Source of the DNA: the human T2T-CHM13v2.0 reference genome, Homo sapiens
Assembly (NCBI GenBank): GCA_009914755.4
Contig: CP086569.2
Span: forward strand, 11,360,001-11,424,000
Reading direction: 5' to 3'
Length of the DNA stretch: 64,000 bases
Of the stretch, positions 25,191 through 37,559 are shown piece by piece. Positions within the stretch are counted from its first letter, which is position 1. Each line of letters begins with the position of its first letter. Below the pieces are notes generated by a model that was given only the letters and a program-made list of their open reading frames with translations, was not told where the DNA came from and searched no databases. Both the position numbers and the translations under genes were made by a program.

Positions 25191-27839
25191 GTATCTCTGG
25201 TGTCTCTTCCTTTTTGGATGATGACCCCAGTCCTAACAGATTAGGGCCTTACCCTTTTGCCCCTATTTAACCTTTACCTTCTTAAAAGCTCCTTCTCCAA
25301 ATACAGTCACACTGGGAGATAGGGCTTCAGGTTAGGAATTCTGGGGGGACATAATTCTCTCCAGAACAGACACTAATATCATGAGTGCTCAGATTGCTAG
25401 TGAATATGTTCTTGTTACAATTATTTTCACTTTGCAGTTTTAAATAATGAATACTTGGATAAAAAATACCCACTGTATTCTAATTTTTTCAACACTTCTT
25501 ACTTGCATGGATTCTAAACAGAAGTCCAATGTAATTCTTATGTCTGTTTCTCTGTAGACAATGTGTTTCTTCCTCTGCCTTATTTTAATATTTTATCTTT
25601 GTTACAGGTTTTCTACAGTTTGAATATGATATTCCTAGGTATATTTTTAAAATATTCATCCTGCTTGGTGTTCTCTGAGCTTTTTGGATTTGTAATTTGG
25701 TGTCTGTCATTAATTTGTGTTTTTTTCCTAGTTAAAAAAATGAACTTTATAGATTTTACATTCTCAACTTTCACTTATTTTCAAAATGAGAGACAAGACA
25801 CCTAAACTCCAAGATTTCAGTCCTGAATGCAATAGTACCAGATTTTCAAGTTACATAAGTGAACTGCATAAACACCACTAGTTTCAAGTGTACCCTATAA
25901 GAAACACATGGACATACTTTCATTGTTTAACCACACGGTGTCATATCAATAAACATCAAAGTATCTGACATATATTTGTCCATTAAAAGTAAACACAACT
26001 CTGAGTATCAAATTAAATTAATCATTTGCCTTTTATAATCTAAATCAGAAATTGAAAAACAGGAACATTGTAGAGGTAAGTGGCTGAAAATGCTCTGCTT
26101 ACTGCACACAAGCACATCATGACAAAGAATGCTAGAAGTAGCTTTCCTCAGAAGTAATAATTGAACATTTAAAATATTATTTTCTCAGAAAAGTTAAAGC
26201 TTTTAGTGTAAAAAGCATGGTAAATGACATTTTAACTTAATAGTTAACTATATAGCAAAATATAGATTTCAAGCAATTAGTTACCCACATTTCACCAGAA
26301 CCTTCAGTGAAAGTGTCTACTCTCAACATTGACCAGAACCTTCCTGTTCTGAAGTGTCTACTCTTTAGAGTTGCTTCAGCTTTACATATCTGTAAAACCT
26401 AAGATTACTCAATGAGAAGTTACACCTTATTCTGTACTAGATACACATAATATATATAGATTTAGAACAAATGGATGCTTTTCAACCTCAAAAAAAGTAT
26501 TTTAATTTACACAATGTTAGATTGTTTTTCACCCATGTGTATACATAACAGTGTTTCCCAAATTCACAGGGTCCATTTCCATAATTCTAAAGCAAAAATA
26601 GAGGCACACAAATGGATAATAATTCATAGTTTTATGCCTTTTTTTAACCTATCTTTAAAGAAATTCAGTTGCCATTTAGACAAAGATGTGATGAACCTGT
26701 AACAAATTTCTATGACTTGGAAAATTAAAGGTCTAAAAATCCTAAATGTAGTAGCTCTGGGCAGTTTGCAATTTGTGCATGGGTTCACTCACCCTATGGT
26801 CCGTGAACTCCCTTATCCTGCAAGCTGTAGGTACTTTCGGCAAATATGAGACTCAATAAGACTAAGGAAGGGCTTGTTTAAATTAGTTCCCCTCACAGTT
26901 GATTCTAATCTTGCAATGAACAGATTTAATGTACTAGTGAGTTAAATTTTAAAGTAATTATAAAGCCATTTACTCTATCATAAATGAATGAAATGTAAGA
27001 ATCACACTTAAAACAAGTCTTTCATTTTAATGAATGGTATCTTTCATTTATATACAAAGGAATTCACTTGCCAGCAGCATTTAAATATAGGAATAGTCTC
27101 ATCTTTTCTCTAGTGCCTTTTATAAAGCAGTGCCATTTCTAACTAGGTGTATTTGTTTCCCAGCTATTCAGTAACTACATTATAGGTATCTAATTGATTC
27201 AAGAAAAGATTGGAAAATTGAGAAGATTTAGCATTTTAAACATTTGAAAAATGTTGCTACAAAGCATAGATTATGAATGCATTAGTAAAATAAATTGACA
27301 CCTTATGTGAGAATCATTAAGTTGGTTTAATTATATCACAGATGTATGGGCTCACTAATATTTATACCAATTTATGCTAATTAAACCAGAAAGTTTCTGT
27401 ACATAATTCAGCTCTGAGCACCATTTAATAGGGTTATGCCAAATAGAACCAATGGTTATATAATACGCAGAATATAAACCTCAGCAAATTCAAACTTTTG
27501 GAATGGCAACACAAGTGAGAATGAGAGGCAATATTTCATTTCAAAGTACCATAGGCTGCTAAGAGTGTTCTTTTCTTTTAAAAATTTGTGTGGTTGTTAG
27601 TAATGTACCTTAACACTGGTCCTCCTTGACAGCGGTGTTAGAGATGGTTAGGTAGAACCTATATTACGGAAGTCAGCGTTGCCCATTTCTTTAGTTCAGT
27701 GATTAAAATTGAAATTACTTTTACAAAACAATTGAACTGCTGCTTACAATATAAATAGAATACCAACAGGATTCCTGTTGTATTCACATTATTCTCTAAT
27801 TAGTATTTTTACATTTCCACTCTGACCTGACCTTCAGTA

Positions 27840-28580
27840 GTTCCTTTATTTTTATTTTCAAGCAATTTTGTGAGTATATAATAAGCATATATAGTTATGG
27901 GGTGCATGAGATGTTTTGATACAGCCATGCAGCATGAACTAATCACATCATGGAGAGTGGGTATCCATCCCTTTAAGCATGTTTCCTTTGTGTTACAATC
28001 CAATTAGATTCTTTTAGTTATTTTTAAATGTACAATTATTGACTAGAGTCCCCCTGTTGTGCTATCAAATAGTATGTCTTATTCATTCCTTCTGCCTATT
28101 TTTGTACCCATTACCCGTGCCCTGTCTCCCCCCCCCAGCCCCCTAGTACTTACTGTGTCCATGAGTTCAATTGTTTTGATTTTTAGATCCCACAAATAAG
28201 TGAGAACATGCAATGTCTGCCTTTCCGTGCTTGGCTTATTTCCCTTAACATAATGATACCCAGTTCCTTCCATGTTGTTGCAAATGACTGAATCCCATTC
28301 TTTTTTAGGGCTGAATAATACTCCACTGTGTGTATCTACCACATTTTCTTTAATACATTAATCTGTTGATGGACACTTAGGTTGCTTCCAAATCTTAGCT
28401 ATTGTCAACAGTGGTGCAACCAACATGGGAGTGCAGATAATTTCTTCGATATACTCATTTCTTATTTCTGGGGTATATATCCAACAGTGGGATTGCTGGA
28501 TCATTTGGCACCTCTATTTTCAGTGTTTAGAGGAACCTCCAAACTGTTCTCCACCATGGCTGTACCAGTAGTACCTTAAA
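27840..28580 (+). mobile_element. L1 3'-terminal ORF2 region fragment (older L1P subfamily)
   Basis: '..cccacaaataagtgagaacatgcaatgtctg..ggctgaataatactccactgtgtgtatctaccacattttctttaatacattaatctgttgatggacacttaggttgcttccaaatcttagctattgtcaacagtggtgcaaccaacatgggagtgcag..' follows the L1 consensus. Confidence 0.8.
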
Positions 28581-28885
28581 ATGCAAATGCAATTGGTAAA
28601 AGAACAAGGCAGCATGTAGTGCTTGCACTTACAAATACTACCAGTTTTGTAACAATTTGCATTTTTTTGTCCTTGAAAGAGTAACCACTTACTTAATAAA
28701 ACGGATATTTAAAAGTGCAATATTCCTTCCTTTGCATGGCATGCAGGAATGGTGAAAGCAAAGAAACAGTCATCCCTTCTCTTCCCCCCACTTCTGGTCT
28801 CCCGAAATAGGAATGCCAGGTCAGACAGGTGGAGGAGGGAAATGGGGCACAGGTCAAGGTATGATGAATCTCTTAAAAAGAAATC

Positions 28886-29203
28886 CGGCCAGGTGCAGTG
28901 GCTCACGTCTGTAATCCCAGCACTTTGGGAGGCAGAGGCGGGCGGATCACGAGGTCAGGAATCGAGACCATCCTGGAGAACACGGTGAAACCCCGTCTTT
29001 ACTAAAAATACAAAAAAATTAGCCGTGTGTGGTGGCGGACGCCTGTAGTCCCAGCTACTGGGAGGCTGGGGCTCGAGAATGGCATAAACCCGAGGGGCGG
29101 AGCTTGCAGTGAGCGGAGATGGCGCCACTGCATTCCAGCCTGGGCGACAGAGCGAGACTCCTTCCCCCCACCGACAAAAAAAAAAAAAAAAAAAAAAATA
29201 CCG
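28886..29203 (+). repeat. Alu element (young, AluY-like) with long A-tail
   Basis: 'ggccaggtgcagtggctcacgtctgtaatcccagcactttgggaggcagaggcgggcggatcacgaggtcaggaatcgagaccatcctgg..' followed by A(23). Confidence 0.9.
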
Positions 29204-30049
29204 CTTTCCCCAGAATGCTAGCCTGATAGGAACTCCACCCCATCCATTCCAACCTAGTAAGGATAGTTTAGTTAGTCTTTTCTGGTCTCACTTCCTTACA
29301 TCTAGTGTTCTTTTTTTGTTTCTGTTATTAAATTTCGAAGACAAACCTTAGCATTTTCTAAAAGAAATTATTTTTTACCTAAATACATTGGACTTTGGTC
29401 TTAATTTGAAGGAATAGGATAAGTGGACTTTAAGAGAGCGTTCCTACTCCTTCTCTTCCAGTGGCTGCTCTGGGTCCCTGAAAGAGGGTGTGATGTGAAC
29501 CATCTGGGTTGTGAAGTGGATTTTGTTGAGCCTGTTTTTTAAGTCCATTAGTCCTGCCCGAGGTTGTGCGCCCTGGAATCCTTGGCTTCACGTCTGGACC
29601 ACCTTCAGCCAAGTGGTGATGGTGGAGAGGGTCCCCCCATCTTCCAGGACGTGTGAGAGTTTGTAGGTGGTGAGATGGAGGGGGCAGCTTTTAAGTCTTC
29701 CAGTACCCACCCCCGCTGCTGGCGGTGCTCTCCCCATCGTCCTTGTCCAGGACTCCCATCAGGGTCTCAATCTCTTCTGTGATGCTCTGACTCACATGCT
29801 GGGAGGCCCTTTTCCCAATGTAGTCCCTGATGTCCACATCGGCGTCCCATGTCCCCACTAGCAGCTTCACCATCTCCAAGGTACATGGCTGCCAAGTGCA
29901 GGGTGGTGTAGCTCTGGCCTTGCTGTTCCCAGGCAGCAGAGGCTCATTGGGGAAGTTGACCAGCATGGCCAGAAGCTCCAGCCTGCAGTGCTAGGTGCCT
30001 GCGCAGGCAGGTGAGGCTGTGATGAAGCCCAGAGTGGCCAGCAGGCCGG

Positions 30050-30700
30050 CTGGCACGGGGGCAACCCCCTAAGCTGTCCATTCCCCATTGGAGGCCGAGA
30101 GCAGCCAGCCGTGCTCCCTGGTCCAGCTCACCCAGCCCCACAGCTCTCCTCCGCGGATGGGAAAGCCAGCGCTGCACCGCCAGAGTCACTCTTCTCTGCG
30201 GTGTCCTCGGAGGAGGAGCTCCCAGGCTGCTGCCTCCAGGACACAGGTTCTTCTTCAAGGGCAGGGCACTGCACCTTCCCAAGTCGCTCAAGTTCTGGCG
30301 GAATGGCCTCGGGGCGGTAGCCCCCCAGGAGCTGCCCCTGTCCGCCTCCTGGCAACCGTGGGGCGGGGGCTCCAGGTCATCGCTGGTCTGAGGCCCCGCA
30401 TCTGGGGTAGGGGCTGGTGGAGCCGGCGAGGTCTTCCTGCGTCCCCGCCGCTCAGGGCGGCCCGTGCAGGGGCTGGGCTCCCCCTTGCCCAGCTCGGCCC
30501 TGCCTGTGGAGCACATTGGGGACCGCTGTTTCAGGGAGGGGATGGTGAATGCTCCGCTCCGCTTTCACGTGGACACGGGACAGGTCCCAGGGGCGTGGCC
30601 TCAGGCGGAGGCCCCGCCAGAACCTCTTCCTGAGACGCAGGTACTGGGCGCCAACGGCGGGGTCCGTGCAGTGGCCACAGAGTTCACCCGGGGATACATT
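30050..30700. promoter_or_regulatory. CpG island-like GC-rich block
   Basis: Dense CpG: 'ccgcctcctggcaaccgtggggcgggggctcc..gccggcgaggtcttcctgcgtccccgccgctcagggcggcccgtgc..ctccgctccgctttcacgtggacacggg..ggcgccaacggcggggtccgtgc'. Confidence 0.5.
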
Positions 30701-31340
30701 TAAACAGTTTTATTCTCCTGTTTTTTATTTTTTCATTCCAGAAACCATTACTACTATGCAACAAAGTAAAAATATCTAGTTTAAATAATAATTTGATACG
30801 GTCAGGTGGGGATGAGTGCACACGTGTGTGTACACACACACGCAGGCTCTAAATGGGATATTTTGGCGGAGCAGAGGGATAAGGCTTTTATTTCGTTGGT
30901 GTGTTGAGTTAGAATCGCCCTTGTCACAATTAATTAATTTAAATCAGGAGTTTTATTAAAGCTAATTTGTACAACTAGGCAACATCTTTTCTCCATATAT
31001 TTATACACATATACACATCTCTAATGTTTGCATTTATTACTTCATCTAAAAGAGCTTGGAAAAAGGGTCCTAAGTCTTGGCTAGTTAAGGTAAAAATCTA
31101 TATTTTAAGGTAATAAAAACGTTTGCTACGGACAGAGACATGCAGACACTGTGGGTGAAGCTGATTCATGTTCCACTGAAGGAAATGACATGGGGTTTTC
31201 TAAGGGAAAGCCCAGCATGCTGCAAGGAGAGGGGAGGTCCCAGGAGGGAATTGGAGTCAGCATTAGGATCTAAGTGTCACAGGGTAGTGTGTTCCCAAAA
31301 AAGACTGACTGTTTCTGTGTCCATCCTGAACTGGTTACCA

Positions 31341-31380
31341 TGATTGTGTGTGTGAGTGTGTGTGTGTGTGTGTGTGTGAA
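31341..31380. repeat. (TG)n microsatellite
   Basis: gtgtgtgtgtgagtgtgtgtgtgtgtgtgtgtg. Confidence 0.9.
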
Positions 31381-31504
31381 TTAAAAGAGGAGTTACATGC
31401 TGGGGCATTTCTGGTATCTCAACTGGCATCTCAGCTGCTGGTGATGATGGCTATACATTTTCCTCAGTATTCAATGTGCGTATTTTGAGTTAACAGTCCA
31501 CCCA

Positions 31505-31752
31505 TTGGCTGAGGCAGGTGGATCACCTGAGGTGAAGAGTTCGAGACCAGCCTGGCCAATATGTGAAACTCTGTCTCTACTAAAAATACAAAAATTAGCC
31601 AGGCATGGTTGCAGCACCTGTAATCCCAGCTACTCGGGAGGCCAAGACAGGAGAATTGCTTGAATCCAGGAGACAGAATTTGCAGTGAGCTGAGATGGAC
31701 CACTGCACTCCAGCTTGGGCAGCAGAGTGAGACTTGGTCTAAAAAAAAAAAA
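31505..31752 (+). repeat. Alu element (5'-truncated) with A-tail
   Basis: 'ggctgaggcaggtggatcacctgaggtgaagagttcgagaccagcctggccaatatgtgaaactctgtctctactaaaaatacaaaaattagccagg..'. Confidence 0.85.
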
Positions 31753-31834
31753 AGTTATTGTGACATGCTGTACACATTCACAAATTCAGTGTCTCCCAGA
31801 AGTCTGAGATTCTTTTTTTCTTTCTTTCTTTCTT

Positions 31835-32315
<481 letters not shown>

Positions 32316-33129
32316 TGAAAGACAATTTTACTACCCAAATCACCCTTCTATAAAAAATAATAGAAGATGTCAAATATGAAAATAAAACTGTCCTCTGGGC
32401 CCTCAATTTTCTGTGTTATTGGGAAGGCAGACAGCTACTCAGCAGTTATATCCCATAACAATGGATAACACTAAAACAACTGACAGCATCAAGTATTGGT
32501 TAAAAAGTGGAACTGATTCTCTCAAACATTTTCATTGTAGTTTAAGATGGCACAACCACTTAGGAAAATGTCTCCCTATTTCATACAATGCCAAATATAT
32601 ACTTATTTTATAACCCAGAAAATCCACTCTTATGTACGTAAACTCAAGAATAGTGAAAATATTATTACAGAAAAATGTGTATATCTGATTTTTTCGTAGC
32701 AGGTTTATTCATGATAGCCTCAAATCAGAAACTGCTTTTGTGTCTATCAATAGTGGAGTGGATTATAAACAAAACAAGCAAAGGCCTCAAACCTGTGGTA
32801 TAGTCATAAAATTGAGTATTACAAAATAAAATTAATGAATAATCAATAGGAGCAAAATGATGTCACAAGCATGTTTAGTGAATGAACATAAAAATTATAT
32901 AATTTATAGTTTCACTTATGTAAATGGTGAAAACAGAAAAAACTATCCTTTTGTGGAAAGAATCAAAACCATGGAAGCCTCTGTGGTCAAATACTGAATG
33001 GAAATGGGCATGAGAAAACGTGTTTCTGCCAGATCTTCTATATGCCTGATGTACATTCACTCGATGTATTTTGCATATACTATTTTTGCAAATAAAACTG
33101 AGATAGACGCAAAATAACTCAAGAGAAAA

Positions 33130-34270
33130 TAGCTAGAAATAGGTAGAATTGTGATAGAAGCCTTGGAAGCTCCCCCCTACCTTGCTCACCTGGCACAGGC
33201 CGAGGAAGCCCTGGGACAATGCTGTGAGCGATCTGAGGGCCTTCCAGGGGAGCCCCGCCAGCCCATGCTGGTGCCCGAGCTTCCCGCCGCCATCTGAATA
33301 TGTTGCAAAGACAGTGCTGGCCTGGCAACCGGTGACGCTCCATGCCCCACCCTGACCCCCACTTCTACCCAAGTAGCGGCAACCCCAGAGACAGATGCCT
33401 GGGCAGCAGCGGCTAAGTCTGGTAGTTGGCCATGCGGCCAAAGGACGGGAACTGGCCGTTCACCCCATCCCAGTTTCCACGGAGAACTCAACCACCATGG
33501 CCCCTGAACGGACCCTCAGGCCTGGGCTGTGCTCTGTGCCTGCAAACCTGACTCCATCCAGGGGAGCTCCGCCTTCCCACGCCAGCGCCTCAGCTGCTGC
33601 AGAAAACTGCAAAACTGCAAGTTGCACACAGGCAGAGATGACGGAGCAACCCCTGACCCTCCGTGCCACTCACCCTACCCGCACACACACCTGCCACGCG
33701 GACCCTGAGGCCAGTGCCTGGGCGCCCAAGTCAGGCAGTCCGCACAGCAGTGGCACCAGGGTGAAAACCTGCTGCTCAATACCATCCTGGTTACCACGAA
33801 GAGCCAGCCCTGGTGGCCCCTGAGTTCTTGGAGGAGGCCAAATCACAGCAACCCCTCAAGTGGGAGGGCGATGCACTTGACCCTGAGGACATCAGGTACC
33901 AGGCCCGCCAGCTGACGCCGGCATCGGAGCCGCAGCTGCAGTCTAGACGTGGTGCACTGGCAGTAAGTGACTGGACACCCCAGACCAGGCCCGCCCCCCA
34001 GTAGCGTGGATCCTGAGGCCAGACCCCCAGGCAGCAAAATCAGGCGATGGGTCCCGCCAGCAGCCGTTCAGTTTCATCCATGTGGATACAGAGTGCCCAG
34101 CGCCCGGGCCCAGGATCCAGAGAGATGTCCAAGAAGAGCGGAACTTGAGGCCAGGTGGGCTGTGTGCTCTGCGACCCTGAGGCCATCCAAGGGAAGCTCC
34201 GCCGTCCCATGCCAGTGCCAGATCTGCAGCTGCAAACTGCGCGTGGGGCACTGGCAGCAGTGAGGGCTGC
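33130..34270. repeat. degenerate tandem repeat (~300-bp units, 3-4 copies) upstream of the ANKRD20A-like promoter
   Basis: Recurrent motif 'cctgaggcc..ccaggggagctccgcc[g/t]tccca[t/c]gccag[t/c]gcc..ctgcagc' at ~33235, ~33545, ~34190, with related intervening sequence. Confidence 0.45.
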
Positions 34271-34379
34271 TGGGGGAAGGAGCAGCCCCTTACTCTGCCT
34301 CCATGCCTCTCCAGCTACCTGACACTAGCCACACAGACTCCAGGACCAGAGCCTCAGCGTGAAGCCGGGCCATGTGCGA

Positions 34380-35230
34380 AGCCACCCAGGTGGCCGCGGA
34401 GTGCCCTTGCTAGCACCCTATCTCCGTTCTGAGGAGGAGCGGGGCGGGCTGCAAGGCCAGACAGGCCCTCCTTCTCAGGCCGGGCTGGCGGCGCTCCTGT
34501 GATCCTGGGGACGCCCGGGCGATCCCAAGAGGACCTGCGAGCCCATCGGCGCCCGCCCAGAGCTGCAGCCCCACCTGCCGGCGCGCGCCACCAGGGAAGG
34601 GCTTCAGGGAGCCGGGCAGCAACCGCAGTGCAGGCGGGCGCCCAACGGCTTTGCGAGGCTCACTTGGTCTGAGAGGTCGGAGGCTGCGAGTGTCGCTGCT
34701 GAAAGCTGTGGTGGACCGGGCTGGATCGCGGACTGTGGAGTAGATCACAGATTTGGGATCGCGGATTGGGGGTTGATCGCGGATTTGGGGTTGGATCAGG
34801 GATTTGGGGTTGGATAGGGGATTTGGGGCTGGGTCGGCCGGGGTCGGGGGAGGGGGTGGGTGAAAAGGTGACAGGGAGGTCGGCCGGGGTTGGGGGAGGG
34901 GGGTGGTGAAAAGGTGACAGGGAGCTGCCCCCGCTCAAGAGCCAGAGGTTGGGGGTCTGAGAAGTCACCACTATGAAGTTATTCGGCTTCGGGAGCTGCA
35001 GGGGCCAGAGGGCCCACGGCTCCATAGAACATGTCTACATGGGTTCCGGATACCGAATCCGGGACTCCGAACTGCAGAAGATCCACAGGGCAGCTGTCAA
35101 GGGCGACGCCGCGGGGGTGGAGCGCTGCCTGGCGCGCAGGAGCGGAGGCCTGGATGCCCTGGACAAGCAGCACAGGTAGCGGGGACTCAGCCCGGGGTGG
35201 GAGGGGGTCCCCAGGCCCGGCTTCCCCACT
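34380..35230 (+). promoter_or_regulatory. CpG island promoter with internal 17-bp tandem repeats and a ~50-bp direct duplication
   Basis: CpG-dense 'gccgcggagtgccc..cccgggcgatcc..catcggcgcccgccc..ccggcgcgcgccacc..'. (GGATTTGGGGTTGGATC)x~5 at 34745-34830. 'gtcggccggggt[c/t]gggggagggggtgg[g]tgaaaaggtgacagggag' occurs twice at 34826-34925. This lies immediately 5' of the ATG at 34973. Confidence 0.6.
34973..35176 (+). CDS. ANKRD20A-like: ANKRD20A-family (ankyrin repeat domain 20A-like) first coding exon; may belong to a pseudogene copy
   Basis: [67 protein letters not shown](R) closely matches the ANKRD20A N-terminus ([68 protein letters not shown]). The exon ends ..CAGCACAG|gtagcg (GT donor). 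Confidence 0.7.
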
Positions 35231-35524
35231 GCCCCTGGGATGGGGCCTTTCAGCGCTCTGGGCACCCTCAGAGCGGCGGAGCCAAACGGACTCTCAGCTG
35301 TTTTCCATCCCTCATAATTCCATGGCTGGAGCAGTTGGAGAATTTGAGTTATTTAACTCACAAAGTTCAGCATACACAGTGTTGTTATTTTTAACGTACA
35401 CGTTGAAAACATGGTTTATATACATTATAGGAGGTACCTAATGAGAGAACTCATTCCCCTATCAAAAATACCGTGAGTTATTTCAGTAGGCAAAAAGTTC
35501 TCAGATAAGAGAGCTTACCTGAAA

Positions 35525-36013
<489 letters not shown>

Positions 36014-37559
36014 TGATACGTATACATATATACCAGATATAATCTGTCATATATATCAGTTATATACACACATTAGATGAAAAGTACATTTTCATTTGAC
36101 AGGGAATTCTTTCAAATCAAATCATCAAACACTCTAAAATTGGGCAAAGTACACTTTTCCAGATCTGCAAGTTACTTGTGTACATAAGAAAAAGTCCTTC
36201 GCATTTCTGGTATAAGAATTTAAATAAAAGAGGAATGAAACAGTTTTCTATCCACAATATTTGTGAGGATGTTTTATACTCCTGGTTAAAGTTTAAGTTG
36301 CTGATTACTTTTCAAATAGATAATTTGGTGGTAAATACTACAATTAAAAAATACGTATGCCCTTTACCCATCAATTCCATTACACTAAAGCACCCTTAGG
36401 AAATAAAGATACATGCACTTTATTTTTCACCTCACTTATTTTAAAAAGAACCCAAAGAATGGATCCTATAAATAAACTTCAGTTGCATCCACAGGATGGA
36501 ATAATATGTGACCATTGAAGGTGGCAATAGATACAGAAGTATATTGATGTGCAAAGATGTATTTTGTTATAGCTAGTGAGAAAAAGATCAATTAAATTGT
36601 ACATACAAACATACTATGGTCTTGTTTTATCAAAAAATATGTACAAAATATAAAATTTGTAATTTCTGAGCATTTGTATTTTAAGTAAAGTTCTTTTCCT
36701 TTTTCTTATCTGTGATTGCTGCAGTGAGCATGTACAAAACTTCTAGTAAAGTTTATTAATAAAGGAATAATCCTTGGGAAGACAGGAATATGAATCTTAC
36801 AATATTAAAAATAATTTCTCACTTTCTATTTTTTATCATTGAGTGTATTGTTATCTTCTTTGAACTTTTAGCCTCTTCAGAAGTAAAAAGGGAATATTTT
36901 TATCTGTTTCCAGATTTTATTATCTATATATTTTATTACGTACATATGTTTTTCTTATGTATTCATTCAATTTATGCAAACAATGATAGATTAATCATTT
37001 CATTTTAATTGTATTCTTAAAAATAACATTTAAATACTACTATTGCAAAAATATTGCTTTATAGGAGTTTATTTAAAAATATTGAACTCCCCAACTGTAT
37101 TTATCCATTCTTTCATTCCATTTATTCATCAAACATAACCTGAGTACCTGTTATGTAGCAGACATATTCTGCTATCTCTCAGGCCCCTTCTATCCTTAAA
37201 AACTTCATGTTTACCTGCCCTGCCTGCACAAGCTGAGAGATTTAAAATAGGAATATTGGGACTGAATCTCCTTGAAACTTTGTCACCCAGCTTTCAAACA
37301 AAAGCATTTCTGAAGTTAGAAAATAGTAGAAGATAAGCTTTAACTGCCCACTCAAAAGTTTATCAGTCTTAAATACTAATATTAATCATGGGAATGTCTT
37401 ATTTGCATATATTCTGTAAGCATAAATATTGAATAAAATGAGCCATATGTATTCATTTGAATCATGAGTTTCCTTTGTCTTCAATTTGTTTGAAAATCAA
37501 GGAATTAATTTGTTTGAAAAATGCATTATTATTATTTCAGTGTTCTATCCCCATAGTAC

